A stretch of 64,000 nt of DNA from Macrostomum hystrix (lineage: Eukaryota; Animalia; Platyhelminthes): assembly GCA_950097015.1 (NCBI GenBank), contig CATNEN010000039.1, positions 3,596,001 to 3,660,000 on the forward strand. Reading direction: 5' to 3'. A program made the translations under genes and the position numbers. Under the pieces are notes generated by a model, which was not told the DNA's origin, ran no database searches, and worked only from the letters and a program-made list of their open reading frames with translations. Shown one piece after another: positions 21,590 to 34,700 of the stretch (positions are counted from its first letter, which is position 1; each line of letters starts with the position of its first letter).

Positions 21590-23439
21590 GCTTCTGAGGT
21601 GAGATCTCATGGCTGCCATTCCAGGGTATTGGGGGTGGATCTCATGGCTTCCATTCCAGGGTATTGGGGTGAGATCTCATGGCTTCCATTCCAGGGTATT
21701 GGGGTGAGATCTCATGGCTTCCATTCCAGGGTATTGGGGGTTGATCTCATGGCTTCCATTCCAGGGTATTGGGGGTGGATCTCATGGCTTCCATTCCAGG
21801 GTATTGGGGGTGGATCTCATGGCTTCCATTCCAGGGTATTGGGGGTGGATCTCATGGCTTCCATTCCAGGGTATTTGTGCTAGATGTCACGGCTGCCATC
21901 GGGGGAGATTCAGCCAATGTCATTCATTTTCTAAGTGGAAATCTCTCATCTGCAAGCAGCGAAAGGCGATCCACCAGGGCCGCTGTCACCCATCCGCAGG
22001 ATTCCCTGTCGCTCACCGACCGCGTTGCCATAGTAACGGGCGCCAGCTCCGGCATCGGCCGGGCAGTGGCCGTCCAGCTTGTCCGCCTGGGCGCTCGCGT
22101 CCTGCTGGTTGGCCGCAGCCAATCGGCGCTGGACGAGACGCTCAGCGCCTGCAGGCAGCAGGCCAAGTCGGATGGCATAGCGGCTGTCAGCCTGTCAGTG
22201 GATCTTGTTGTGCCAAGCGACCTGGTCCGCGTTGTCCCGGCGGCCCTGACCGCGTTCGGCCGGCTAGACATTCTTGTCAACGCCGCCGGCGCACTGATGA
22301 ACGACACCGTCGAGACCTACGAGGCCAGCGCCGCGGATAATCTCCGCCGCCTGAATGTGGACGTGGCAGTCGAACTGACCAAAGCCGCCGTGCCGCATCT
22401 CATCGCCTCGGGCAAGGGCAGCGTGGTCAACGTGTCCTCCGTGGCCGGCAACTGCGCCTTCCCCAACATCATGACCTACTGCATGAGCAAGGCCGCCTTG
22501 GACCAGTTCACTCGGTGCGTAGAGCTTTTGGAATCTGATTTTAAGCATCGTAAGTCCCGGGCTCGAATCCTGGCAGCTTGGTCATATTATAAATTTGGCA
22601 CGCGCTTGCGTAAAAACTTTAGTATATAGTACTGGCGGGGCGGTCTGGTATTCAAATCTCAGCACAGAGAGGAAAATTTGCCATGAACTTTTCTATTTAT
22701 TCTAGCGTCTTTCTTTCTTGTCAACTATTTTCATTCTGCAGAGCTCAAAGCAATTGCGAAAGTTACTTTTTTAGGCACCCGTTATGTTTTGTCTAGGTAA
22801 AAGTGGGTGGTTGTAGCCTAGTGGTTACAACTTTAAGGTCGGGAGTTCGATTCCCGACTCCACTGGTACAATTTGTGACCTTTAGCAAGACAATTAACTC
22901 CGCATTGCTTCAGTTCACCCAGCTGTTAAATGGGTACCAGCATCAGCTGGGGAAATTAATGGTGGGTGTGGCGTCCGCCCAGTCCATGGACTGAAAAGCC
23001 GTACGCAGCATTCAGATGCGCCGCGCAATAGCTGCGGCTGTGCTGTCGGCTGCACATCTGGCCCAATTGGGGCAGGTGTAATCAATTATTGTTTCTAATA
23101 AGTATTACTGTTAGTAGTGTGCAAGTCGGCAAACTCCTTATATTTATTGTGCACTACAAACCCAGATGCACCGCTCTGGATCTGGCGCCCAAGGGTGTCC
23201 GCGTCAACTCCGTCAATCCCGGCGTGATTGTCACCGAGATACACAAGCGGGCGGGCATGACCGAAGAGAAATACGCCGAGTTCTTGCAGCGCTCCAAGAC
23301 TACTCACGCCCTCGGCCGGGCCGGCCAGCCGGAGGAGGTGGCCACCACTGTGGCTTTCCTGGCCTCAGACGCTGCCAGTTTCATCACCGGCACCATTGTG
23401 CCCGTCGACGGCGGGCGGCACGTCATGACGCCTCGATGA
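21590..23439 (+). CDS. Classical short-chain dehydrogenase/reductase (FabG-like); predicted exons 21590-21598 (9-nt microexon), 22000-22514, 23166-23439; no genomic ATG in this model
   Basis: VAIVTGASSGIG, LDILVNAAG, VVNVSS, YCMSK (YxxxK), GVRVNSVNPG, ASFITGTIVPVDGG. The 22515-23165 intron joins CG|A in frame. The microexon is inferred from ctctcccag|GCTTCTGAG|gtgaga. Confidence 0.85.
21599..21875. repeat. 35-bp minisatellite (GATCTCATGGCTTCCATTCCAGGGTATTGGGGGTG), ~8 copies
   Basis: Seen directly; starts at the predicted 5' splice donor. Confidence 0.95.
22803..23085 (+). mobile_element. tRNA-derived SINE with a CORE/Nin-like central domain, in the SDR intron
   Basis: A-box-like GTAGCCTAGTGG and B-box GAGTTCGATTCC, followed by GTGACCTTTAGCAAGACAATTAAC and CACCCAGCTGTTAAATGGGTACC. 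The 3' boundary is approximate. Confidence 0.65.
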
Positions 23440-23564
23440 CACTCGCTCTGATTTGATTGGCACTGCTGGTCCCGTTTTACTCGCTGTTGGCTTTCCTTTC
23501 CCGAGTCTGCTTATTGATTTGTCAGTTAGTTCTGACCCTGATACTTTTGCATCTCTGGTTTGAC

Positions 23565-24142
23565 TTCCAAATCCTCTCTGACACTTCCGGAGTCTCTCTG
23601 ACACTTCCGGATCTGACACTTCCGGAGTCTCTCTGACACTTCCAAATTCTCTCTGACACTTCCGGAGTCTCTCTGACACTTCCAAATTCTCTCTGACACT
23701 TCCAGAGTCTCTCTGACACTTCCGGATCTGACACTTCCGGAGTCTCTCTGACACTTCCAAATTCTCTCTGACACTTCCGGAGTCTCTCTGACACTTCCAA
23801 ATTCTCTCTGACACTTCCGGAGTCTCTCTGACACTTCCAAATTCTCTCTGACACTTCCGGAGTCTCTCTGACACTTCCGGAGTCTCTCTGACACTTCCGG
23901 AGTCTCTCTGACACTTCCGGATCTGACACTTCCGGAGTCTCTCTGACACTTCCGGATCTGACACTTCTGGACTCTCTGACACTTTCAAAGTCTCTTTGAC
24001 ACTTTCAGTCTCTCTGACACTTTCAAAGTCTCTCTGACACTTCCAAATTCTCTCTGACACTTCCAAATTCTCTTTGACACTTCCTAATTCTCTCTGACAC
24101 TTCCGGAGTCTCTCTGACACTTCCAAAGTCTCTCTGACACTG
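23565..24142. repeat. ~20-bp minisatellite (TCTCTCTGACACTTCCGGAG and variants)
   Basis: Seen directly downstream of the SDR. Confidence 0.95.
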
Positions 24143-24660
24143 ACATTTTGTTAGGCACACAATGAATCACTCTTAATTTACATACCCAGTTGTTCCAGCC
24201 TCCTACTTTTCAATCCAAGTCAGAAATTGTATTTTAATGAATTACTGGTAGCTCTATCATCAGAAGTATAATACTAGACATTGAGGTCAAATTTCGAGAT
24301 GAATTTAAACTGGATAGTTGATTGCTAAAAATAGTTTCTAAGGCCGTGTTAGCTTATGTTCAGTTTGCTCTAAGAAAGCAAATATATTTTCTGTATCTGT
24401 AGTCTAATCAATGAGCGCACGAATTAGAAAAATAAACTGTTGCATTTTGGACACGAAAATGGCTTTTCAAATTGTGGACAAGAATGACAACGGATTTTTG
24501 AGACGGTTTTGGTGCACATTCAGATGCTGAAGAAGCAAAGGCGATTCTGGATAAGCTTTCAGGCTGCATGACTCAGGAGACTGCAGAGATTTATGACATT
24601 CGATAGGACCCGCTAGAAGCTTCAAAAGTGCATTTTAGTTCAGTTGATGATTGAAAGGCT

Positions 24661-25777
24661 TCAAGAGTCGCGCAGCCGCTTCATCAGGAAGCTCTCGATG
24701 GCTTCAGGTTTGCCTCGGTAGCCGCTGGCCAGCCGGCTCAGGCCTGCGTTCAGCGCAATGAACTGGTCCAGGTTGAGGCAATGCTGGCCTTTCACCTTGC
24801 GGCCGAATCGGTGCAGCATCTGTTCGCTGAAGTTGCGCGAGAACTTTAACGGCGCGTGGACGGTGTTCAGTGAGTCCAGCAGCTCGTTTAGCTCGATGGT
24901 GCCGCTGTTGTCGGCGTCGTGGTGCAGGAAAATTTCTCGCCACTTGCGCACGTAGTGATATAGCTGGACGAATTCCGAGAGCTCGATCTCACCGTTGGCG
25001 TTGTCGTCAAACATGTTCACCTGGGGCGCGAGTTGGTTGCGCAATGCTGATAGAGAAGAGCTCATTAGCACCTGTTTCATCCCCTGTCTGATAAGGGCTA
25101 TGTCATCCATCACCTGTCTGATAAGGGCTGTCATCCATCACCTGTCTGATAAGGGCTATGTCATCCATCACCTGTCTGATAAGGGCTATAATTTTTCATG
25201 CCAATACCCCCAAGTGTTTCATTGTTAACAAAGTACTGTGCGATCGCCTGAACGCACCAGTGTGCGGCAAGTCTTGATGCTGAATGGCCGGCAATTTTCA
25301 TCTAGCAGCGCCTGCTGCAGCTCATCGGCTGTGATGTGTCCGTTGCCGTCCTCGTCTACTGCGTAGAACCAGACGCTTAGTTCGTCTTCTGGCGGCTGGT
25401 AGTGCTGCTGCGGCGGCTGCGGCATCTGGTAGTGCTGCTGCTGCTGCGGCGGCTGCGGCATCTGGTAGTGCTGCTGCTGCTGCGGCGGCTGCGGCATCTG
25501 GTAGTGCTGCTGCTGCTGCGGCGGCTGCAGCATCTGGTACGGTTGCTGTGGTGACGGCGGAGCGCCTGGCGAAGCGCTCCACACGCTGCCGCCGCTGGTG
25601 GCCTCCAGGTAGGACGGCGGCGCCTCCGGGTACCCGCCTGGCGGACCAGCCGGAGCCGGATATTCGGGGAAGCCCCGGTTATTGGACTGCGCGTAGAATT
25701 GGAAGAATCGGATTTGAAAATTTTCGTGTTAGATCGGAACTTAAAGATCCAAAATCTTAAACAGGTATGCTCACCAT
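24661..25777 (-). CDS. Penta-EF-hand protein (peflin/ALG-2-like); coding exons 25777-25775 (ATG only), 25686-25258, 25020-24661
   Basis: Gly/Pro/Tyr/Gln-rich N-terminus with PPSY; WFYAVDEDGNGHITADELQQAL; FSIKTCRTL|VNMFDDNANGEIELSEF; WREIF..HDADNSGTIELNEL; LNLDQFI. All introns are GT-AG, phase 0. Confidence 0.85.
25066..25188. repeat. ~30-bp tandem repeat (CATCACCTGTCTGATAAGGGCT...), ~4 copies, in the penta-EF-hand intron
   Basis: Seen directly. Confidence 0.8.
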
Positions 25778-26574
25778 AGCGCAGTTTGTTGCAAGCCCCT
25801 ATGTAAGTGAATTACTGAATTCCTTGATATCACCGAGTTGCTTTAATAAAATACTCCGAGTATGGTAGGGTCTTACCAAGTCTGAGTAGCTGCATATGAA
25901 TACAACTGAAAGCCGAGATGTGCCATACCTTGCCGTCCATGATTCATTTGGCCAAGAATGTACACCTATTGTTTTGTGAGGCCGCAGTGAAGCATACGGC
26001 TGTTCCATAAATGTCGCCCTCGGTTTGTGGCCCATGTACACTTTAAAATTTGGGCCGAGCTTAGCCAAAGTTGTGTATAATTGCGAGCTGTAGACGCTTG
26101 TTTTCGAATAGTTTTTTCTCTCTCGTTTTTCTCAAATTCATTTTCCTACCCCCACGCACTCCCGCGCTCTCGCTGCCCCTCTGCCTCACCTTGTGACTTG
26201 CGATTCTCGCTGCATAAAACCTGCGTAAGGAGCTGTGTTTGCGCTTGCATTGGCGCAACGAAGTGCGCAAGAGGCGCTTAGGAAAAATGTGTACGAGCGT
26301 ATAAACATGACCGATTTAATCCGCTAAGTATGTTTCATTGGGACCTTGTTTTGCTGTTTCTCAACTGAGCCTTGGCACGGACAGTGTGTTGCGCATGTCT
26401 CATGGGCCTATTACGACACCGCAATTATTATTAGTGCAGCCAAACTATAAGTTCAGGTCTAGTATTCTGGGAGCTTTTAGGGCAATTTTCTTTAGCTTTT
26501 TATCCTAAAACCATCTGGGCAACCATTCCCAAAAATCTTCAGACCATTCTCACAATCTTCAGCAAAGCATTCCT

Positions 26575-27412
26575 TGAATCTTCAGAGCTCCTAGAATCAT
26601 CAGGATTACTATTCCTAGAATCATCAGGATTAACATTCCTAGAATCTTCAGGATTAACATTCCTAGAATCTTCAGGATTAACATTCCTAGAATCTTCAGG
26701 ATTAACATTCCCAGAATCTTCAGGATGACCATACCTAGAATCGTCAGGATGACCATTCCTAGAATCGTCAGGATGACCATTCCTAGAATCTTCAAGATGA
26801 CCATTCCTAGAATCGTCAGGATGACCATTCCTAGAATCTTCAGGATTACTATTCCTAGAATCGTCAAGATGACCACTCCTAGAATCGTCAGGATGACCAT
26901 TCCTAGAATCGTCAGGATGACCATTCCTAGAATCTTCAGGATTACTATTCCTAGAATCTTCAGGATGACCATTCCTAGAATCTTCAGGCGACCATTCCTA
27001 GAATCGTCAGGATTAACATTCCTAGAATCGTCAGGATGACCATTCCTAGAATCTTCAGGATTAACATTCCTAGAATCGTCAGGATGACCACTCCTAGAAT
27101 CGTCAGGATGACCAATCCTAGAATCGTCAGGATTAACATTCCTAGAATCTTCAGGATGACCATTCCTAGAATCGTCAGGATGACCACTCCTAGAATCGTC
27201 AGGATGACCATTCCTAGAATCGTCAGGATGACCATGCCTAGAATCTTCAGGATGACCATTCCTAGAATCGTCAGGATGACCATGCCTAGAATCGTCAGGA
27301 TGACCATTCCTAGAATCGTCAGGATGGCCATTACTAGAATCGTCAGGATGACCATTCCTAGAATCTTCAGGATTACTATTCCTAGAATCTTCTGGCGACC
27401 ATTCCTAGAATC
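26575..27412. repeat. 24-bp minisatellite (ATTCCTAGAATCGTCAGGATGACC)n
   Basis: Seen directly. Confidence 0.97.
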
Positions 27413-27755
27413 TTTAAAACCACCATTAGCAAGTACTCGTAACTTCAAAAATAGGATTTTATTAAAAAGCAAAACTGATCTTTGTAATTTGAAAGGCCGA
27501 TAAAAATTTGTTTTACTACTCACTAGCAACTCCAGGTACATGTTACTGCATGAATGAGTGCTCAAACGAGCAATTATTAAATATGGGTTTATTTTCAAAC
27601 TGAATCTTGTTCACTTTTTCTGGAATGCACGATTTGGAAAATTAGAAATAATTAAAAATATTTAGTTTGCGAATCTACACATGATAGACTAATTATTAAC
27701 ATAATTGATTTATTGCTTCATTGGTTAGATTGTTTTCGAATTGAGCAGCAGAAAT

Positions 27756-28695
27756 TCAGTCCGCTTCGTCGTCTATGTCCGGGATGTCCTCCAGGTCAGC
27801 CAAGGTAGCTAGGGAGTGACCGTTACTATGGACAGAGTTGCTGTTCTTGCTGCTACTGCTGTTGTTGTTGTTGTTGCTGCTGGGGTTTGAAGCTGTCACC
27901 TTCTGGCAGGCTGACGTCACGCTGCCGCGGGGTATCGATGAGTCAGCTGGCAGTTGAGCAGTGATTGAGAAGTCAACTGTTGGCACGCGGTTGACGAGCT
28001 TGGCCAGAGCTAGCGCTGTGGCTACCGAAGATGGCGGCGGTGGAGGCGGCGGCGGCAGCGGTGGCTTTGGGGGCGGTGGCGAAGAGGACTGGAATGAAAT
28101 ATTAGTACAAATTATGACACCTGACACTCGAAGTGACTAGGGTAGGGTGAGTTCAGAAGGGTGGTGTGAGATCAGTAGGGTGGTGTGAGATCAGTAGGGT
28201 AAGTTGATATCTGTAGGGTGGGGTGAGATCAGTAGGGAAGGGTGAGTTCAGAAGGGTAGGTTAGACTCAATGGAAGAGCGCTGAACGCAAGTCTGGTGCA
28301 GTTAAAAATTGAGGCCTAATTATCCCCAAAAATTGCAAGTCGCACAAATTACCGTTGCAATTTGAGATGTATTCCATTGCTGCTGCTGCTGCTGCTGCTG
28401 CTTTGAAACCATTGCATAGACTGCATCAAAATTTTCGTCCTCGTCAAAGTTAAACCGAACACTCATCGGTGCTGCAGACTTCGTTGATTTCGAGGGCAGA
28501 GGCGGCGGAGGCGGAGGTGGCGGTGGCGGAGGGGGATCTCGCTGCTGCTGCTGCTGCGAACGAGTCTTGCTCGTCACTGTCGGCTGATTCAGTCGCGGCA
28601 ATCGAAGGCTGCTACTCCGATTCGGTGGCGGGGGTCGCGAGCCCGACTTCTGCTGCGGCTGCTGAGTCACCGCGGCGGAGTCTTCAAATCTGAAG

Positions 28696-28732
<37 letters not shown>

Positions 28733-30943
28733 CGTTCGTTTCTTTTTACTAGAAACAAACTAATTCTGACTCACTTCAATTCGAGGGCAGAGTCCTTGGA
28801 TACAGTTGACGATGACAGCTGCTGCTGCAGAGAGTACGTTGCCATGGAGACACTCATGGCGTTCGCGGCGGCAACAACGGCAGCTGCCTGACCTGTTGAG
28901 CCAGACGACGAGGAGCCGCTCCAGTTGCCTGGGGTGAAATTGCAGGAAAAAAATAATTTAGATAGCAACATCCGCTACCTGCCTACTTTTAGTAGACTAA
29001 TAGCAAATAATTAAAAGCACAGAGAAGCGCCATTAATCTGCTCGGATATCAAAAATGAATAAATTCGGCCAAATCTCTGCATCAACTGAAGGTCGCGAAC
29101 TTGCATGACTCAGCTCAGATCTCTTTAAAGCATTCTTAATTTCTTTGTCTCTTTTGATCAGCCGCCTGCAGGCAGAGTTGATGCGGGTATTACGTCACAC
29201 AGAAAGGAGATATGGGACACGGATCAGCTGAGCTGAAGGTGCTGTGCCAAACCACAACAAAACACTTTCCCGAGGCAGGCCTAGCAAAAATAATATTCCC
29301 AAAAAATAAACACACTGAGCCTGAGTCCAGAGTTTCACCTGTTTAAACAAAATCAGCGCGCACAGGGCCGTTCAGTCATACAACACACACTGCGGATCAG
29401 TTTAGAAATGTGGACTCAAGTGAGCAGCCAATTCCGTTTTCAATTCTTCTTAGAAATCTGGGACGAGATTTCGCATGCAGGGCGGCAGATTTTAATGGCT
29501 TTGCGGTCTACCTGGAGTCCGGTTTGTGAGATCAAACAAAATTTCGCCGCCAAATTTAATGAACAACTATAGTATAGCGGCATTGCATAACAGTGCTCAG
29601 GGTGGAGCTTCAGCCCTGCCCCACTTCTCATTGAGGCTGCTCTCAATGAGAACTGTGTCTGTAACAAATAACAATTATTAACATTTAACAACCTGTCTAG
29701 CAAATGACACACTGCCTAACAGGTACCACACTGCCTAACATGTACCACACTGCCTAACAGGTACCACACTGCCTAACATGTACCACACTGCCTAACAGGT
29801 ACCACACTGCCTAACAGGTACCACCCTGCCTAACAGGTGACACCCTGCCTAACAGGTGACACCCTGCCTAACAGGTACCACACTGCCTAACATGTACCAC
29901 ACTGCCTAACAGGTACCACACTGCCTAACAGGTACCACCCTGCCTAACAGGTGACACCCTGCCTAACAGGTGACACCCTGCCTAACAGGTACCACACTGC
30001 CTAATAGGTGACACCCTGCCTAACAGGTACCACCCTGCCTAACAGGTGACACCCTGCCTAACAGGTGACACCCTGCCTAACAGGTACCACACTGCCTAAC
30101 AGGTGACACCCTGCCTAACAGGTGACACCCTGCCTAACAGGTGACACCCTGCCTAACAGGTACCACACTGCCTAACAGGTACCACCCTGCCTAACAGGTA
30201 TCACCCTGCCTAAGAGGTACCACACTGCCTAACAGGTATCACCCTGCCTAACAGGTATCACCCTGCCTAACAGGAGACACACTGCCTAACAGGTACCACC
30301 CTGCCTAACAGGTACCACCCTGCCTAACAGGTGACACCCCTCTCAAATGTATACCAAGTTTAGCTGTCAATAAATAGTTACTCGTAGAGCAGGCAGTCAG
30401 CAACACAGGTAGTACGGCCATTCACTGTTAGTGCTTATCGACCGGCTCTCCCATTAATCCTCCTCGATTTGGCTTCATTCGGGTGAGGCTTCCATTCCTT
30501 CCTAGCATCGATCTTTAATATCTCGTTGCTAAATCTTATTACTATGCGTAGCCACACCTTGGATTTGTAACATTCAGACTCGAGAAAGCTGGTTGCACTC
30601 CCTATCTGTGCATGAGATTAACTTCAAGAATGCCGGCACAGACGCCAAGTTTTGAGCAACAAAATTTCGCACAATGGCGGAACGCACGTTTCTGGCTTGT
30701 GAATTTTTTGTGCCTATTCTGCTTGGCCAAGCAAAGTTAAGAACAGTGAGAAGGGAGGCGAGAGAGAAAGTGTGAGAATTTTGAACAAGAAGCAAACCAA
30801 TCTTCTGCTTGAGCGCTTGCTTGCCTGGGCTAGGTTAAAAAACTGAATTGCTACCACTCAATGCAGCAGAATAATTGACTGACTGCAACAGGCCCTACCC
30901 AATGCGATAGCAAGATTTTGAATGTATCTGCCTGTCTGCCTGC

Positions 30944-30978
<35 letters not shown>

Positions 30979-31148
30979 CCTGCCTGTCTGCCTGCCTGTC
31001 TGCCTGTCTGTCTGTCTGTCTGTCTGTCTGCCTGCCTGTCTGCCTGCCTGTCTGCCTGTCTGTCTGTCTGTCTGCCTGTCTGTCTGTTTGTCTGTCTGTC
31101 TGCCTGTCTGTCTCTCTGTCTGTCTGTCTGTCTGCCTGCCTGTCTGCC

Positions 31149-31189
<41 letters not shown>

Positions 31190-31228
31190 GCCTGCCTGTC
31201 TGCCTGTCTGTCTGTCTGCCTGTCTGCC

Positions 31229-31277
<49 letters not shown>

Positions 31278-31351
31278 GCCTGCCTGTCTGTCTGTCTGTC
31301 TGTCTGCCTGCCTGTCTGCCTGCCTGTCTGCCTGTCTGTCTGTCTGTCTGC

Positions 31352-31382
<31 letters not shown>

Positions 31383-31428
31383 CCTGTCTGTCTCTCTGTC
31401 TGTCTGTCTGTCTGCCTGCCTGTCTGCC

Positions 31429-31465
<37 letters not shown>

Positions 31466-31540
31466 GCCTGCCTGTCTGCCTGTCTGTCTGTCTGCCTGTC
31501 TGCCTGCCTGTCTGTCTGTCTGTCTGTCTGTCTGTCTGCC

Positions 31541-31593
<53 letters not shown>

Positions 31594-31628
31594 GCCTGCC
31601 TGTCTGTCTGTCTGTCTGTCTGTCTGCC

Positions 31629-31681
<53 letters not shown>

Positions 31682-31684
31682 GCC

Positions 31685-31743
<59 letters not shown>

Positions 31744-34700
31744 ACTAAATCAAATGACTCTTTAATTATGTAGTTTTCTTTTAGGTCCTACAGAACTTAG
31801 TTAGCAATATGAGTAGCAAAACTTAATTAAGTTCTCAATCAAGGTCTAACAATGCAATTGTGGCCCGTCATTGACATAAAGGCTTTCAGAACAGAACTTT
31901 TTAAGAAGGAAATTAAAAGGAATTCTAGAAAAGAAAAATGACAGATAAGAAACTAGTTTCGTTGGGGCTTTTAGGATGATTCTGTTCGAGCAATGGGATG
32001 CCAGGTGAGACAGTTGGGTATGCCAGGTGAGACAGTTGGGTATGCCAGGTGAGACAGTTGGGTATGCCAGGCGAGGCAGTTGGGTATGCCAGGTGAGACA
32101 GTTGGGTATGCCAGGTGAGGCAGTTGGGTATGCCAGGTTGGACAGTTGGGTATGCCAGGTGAGACAGTTGGGTATGCCAGGTGAGGCAGTTGGGTATGCC
32201 AGGTGAGACAGTTGGGTATGCCAGGTGAGACAGTTGGGGATGCCAGGTGAGACAGTTGGGTATGCCAGGTTGGACAGTTGGGAAGTAGTAGAGCTGTGGG
32301 ATTTGGAAGACACAAAGAACAGTAATAAGAATTAAACTAATCCCAATCACTAGCAGAGGCAGGGTAGGTTCCAGCAATGATAGGCAGAGCTGATTTTCTG
32401 CATTTTTAACGGCTCCGATGGAACTTTTTTCTACGCGCGTGGCCCACGCGCCCATGTCGCCAGGGTGAGTGGGCTGGGGGGCAGAGGGGGGCAGTGGGGG
32501 GCTTTAAAGTGTAAAAAAACTCCGCAGCTTAGGGGAGCAGATGTTGGTGAACACTTCGGACTGGAGGTGGTTGGTGGGCCAGATTTTGAGTAGACAGAAC
32601 CAGTCCAGTTTTTTAGGCCGCTGAGGGTAGGGGAGCTGAGGGCAGCGGGGGCGGGTGCTGGGCCGGTGACTCAACGGCTGCTTGAGGCGAGGTCCGCGGG
32701 CTTTTTCTGAGCGGCCACCCACCCGGCCCTACAAAAGAAGGTGGAAATAATGGTGCGGGGAAGCCGGGAGGGGAGTGGAGGGGAGCTGCTCGCGGGGGAA
32801 CGCAGAAAAAGTCCCACCTCAGTTTATGAATAGCATTCAGACATGCCAAGCTGAGCACGCGCTGAGATCGGTGAGGGCGCGCTCATTTCTCCCCTGTGCT
32901 CACTTGCCCCACCACCCCAGCTCTCCGACGTTGCGCCGTGAGTCAGTTCCCGTTCCACCCATGCAGGCAAAAAATTTGCAATTGTAGCTCAGCCGTGTTA
33001 GCAGGTGCAGCATTGGTCATTGCGGCTGGCTGAGTAGATGAATCTTTGTGCTCAATATTCACGGTCCGATTGAGTGCAAAATTACAAGCAATTTGCTGCA
33101 CAATGATGCACGCAACACAGTGTCTAGCCGGCAATATTGTGAGAGTATTAAATGCTAAAATAAGCTAAAAACCTGACCTTGAGGTCCGGGGTTCGTTCTA
33201 TACTAATTTGCAGATTGTGATTATTATCTAACTGCATCCAATATTCTACCTGTGGCCTTAAAATGCTTCATTAACAATAGAAAGACCACGGCGTGGTCCA
33301 AATACCCACATGTTTCTTTTCCGTCATCTCCTAAAATATTCAACCAATCTCCATAACAATAATTATTATAATAATAATTGCAGGAGGGCTGCGGGCAATG
33401 GCGCATCATTTGGTGACACTAGACCCGCAGCCAGCCAGGAGGCAATTCTGCCCATTTCGCTGACTCCTGAGCACACACGCACACAGATACTGTACGCAGG
33501 CACACGCTCACACAGGTGCGTACATCTGCCCTGACTTTCTCATCGTCAGGCAGTGTGCACTCGAACTGTGCCTTGGAGGTTGGCCCTCAAGGGCGTAAAT
33601 TGCACGACAAGCCCCCAAGCCTTCTCTCCGCGGCTGCGCCCCAAATAAATGTGGCCTCGCCGTGGAATCGAACTTAGGGACCGTGGTGCGAGAGGCAAAC
33701 GCGTTAACCGCTCTGCCACCGATCGCCGTAACTACAGAATACGGGCTAGAATCTTTCGCTCTATCTGATGAAACAACTTCCAGAACCGCAGAAAATCCGC
33801 ATCTTCGAGATATTCAACGATTCTCGTTGGGGTGTTTGGTGGCGAAAAGTACCAATACAGGGACTCTGGTGGACTTTTCACAAAAATCGGTCGTTGTGAA
33901 TCTTTTGAATGGAACAATTACTATTTGTTGCGGGGATTGCATCAGAATGTCACGGAAGCAGTGCTAAACACATAGGAAATGCCAGGGCCGCATAGAGAAA
34001 AGCATTTTCTAGTGCCCATCACGACACAATGTACTGAAGACAATCATCACGACACAATGTACTGAAGACAATCATCTCGACACAATGTACTGGGGACAAT
34101 CATCACGACACAATGTACTGAAGACAATCATCTCGACACAATGTACTGGGGACAATCATCACGACACAATATACTGGGGACAATCATCACGACACAATGT
34201 ACTGAAGACAATCATCACGACACAATGTACTGAAGACAATCATCACGACACAATGTACTGAAGACAATCATCACGACACAATGTACTGGGGACGATCATC
34301 ACGACAAAATGTACTGAAGACAATCATCACGACACAATGTACTGAAGACAATCATCACGACACAATGTACTGGGACAATCATCACGACACAATGTACTGG
34401 GGACAATCATCACGACACTTCTTCGGTCCCAACACGACAAAAGCAAGTCCGGCTAGCGATGATGTGATCAAATGGAGCTAAAGTAAGATATGGCAGCAGA
34501 ACAAATCAGTAAAATCACGCACCGCTTGACAATCGGTCCAGTCCGCCCGATGATGGCTTCGACTGCCTCAGCAGTGCCGTCGAGGTCGCTGTGCTGGTCG
34601 CAAAGTCTACCGCTACGCCGACAGCAAATCTTCTAGCTAGCAGATCCAGCTGCTCCGCTGTGCTGCCAGACAGATGACCGCACTCTGATAGGCCTGGCAC

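Noticed and set aside
30918-31773. Cys/Leu/Ser/Val-rich ORFs in three frames
   Set aside because: Translation of a tetranucleotide microsatellite.
32400-33200. GC-rich intronic segment resembling a MITE
   Set aside because: No TIR, TSD or second copy could be established in the window.
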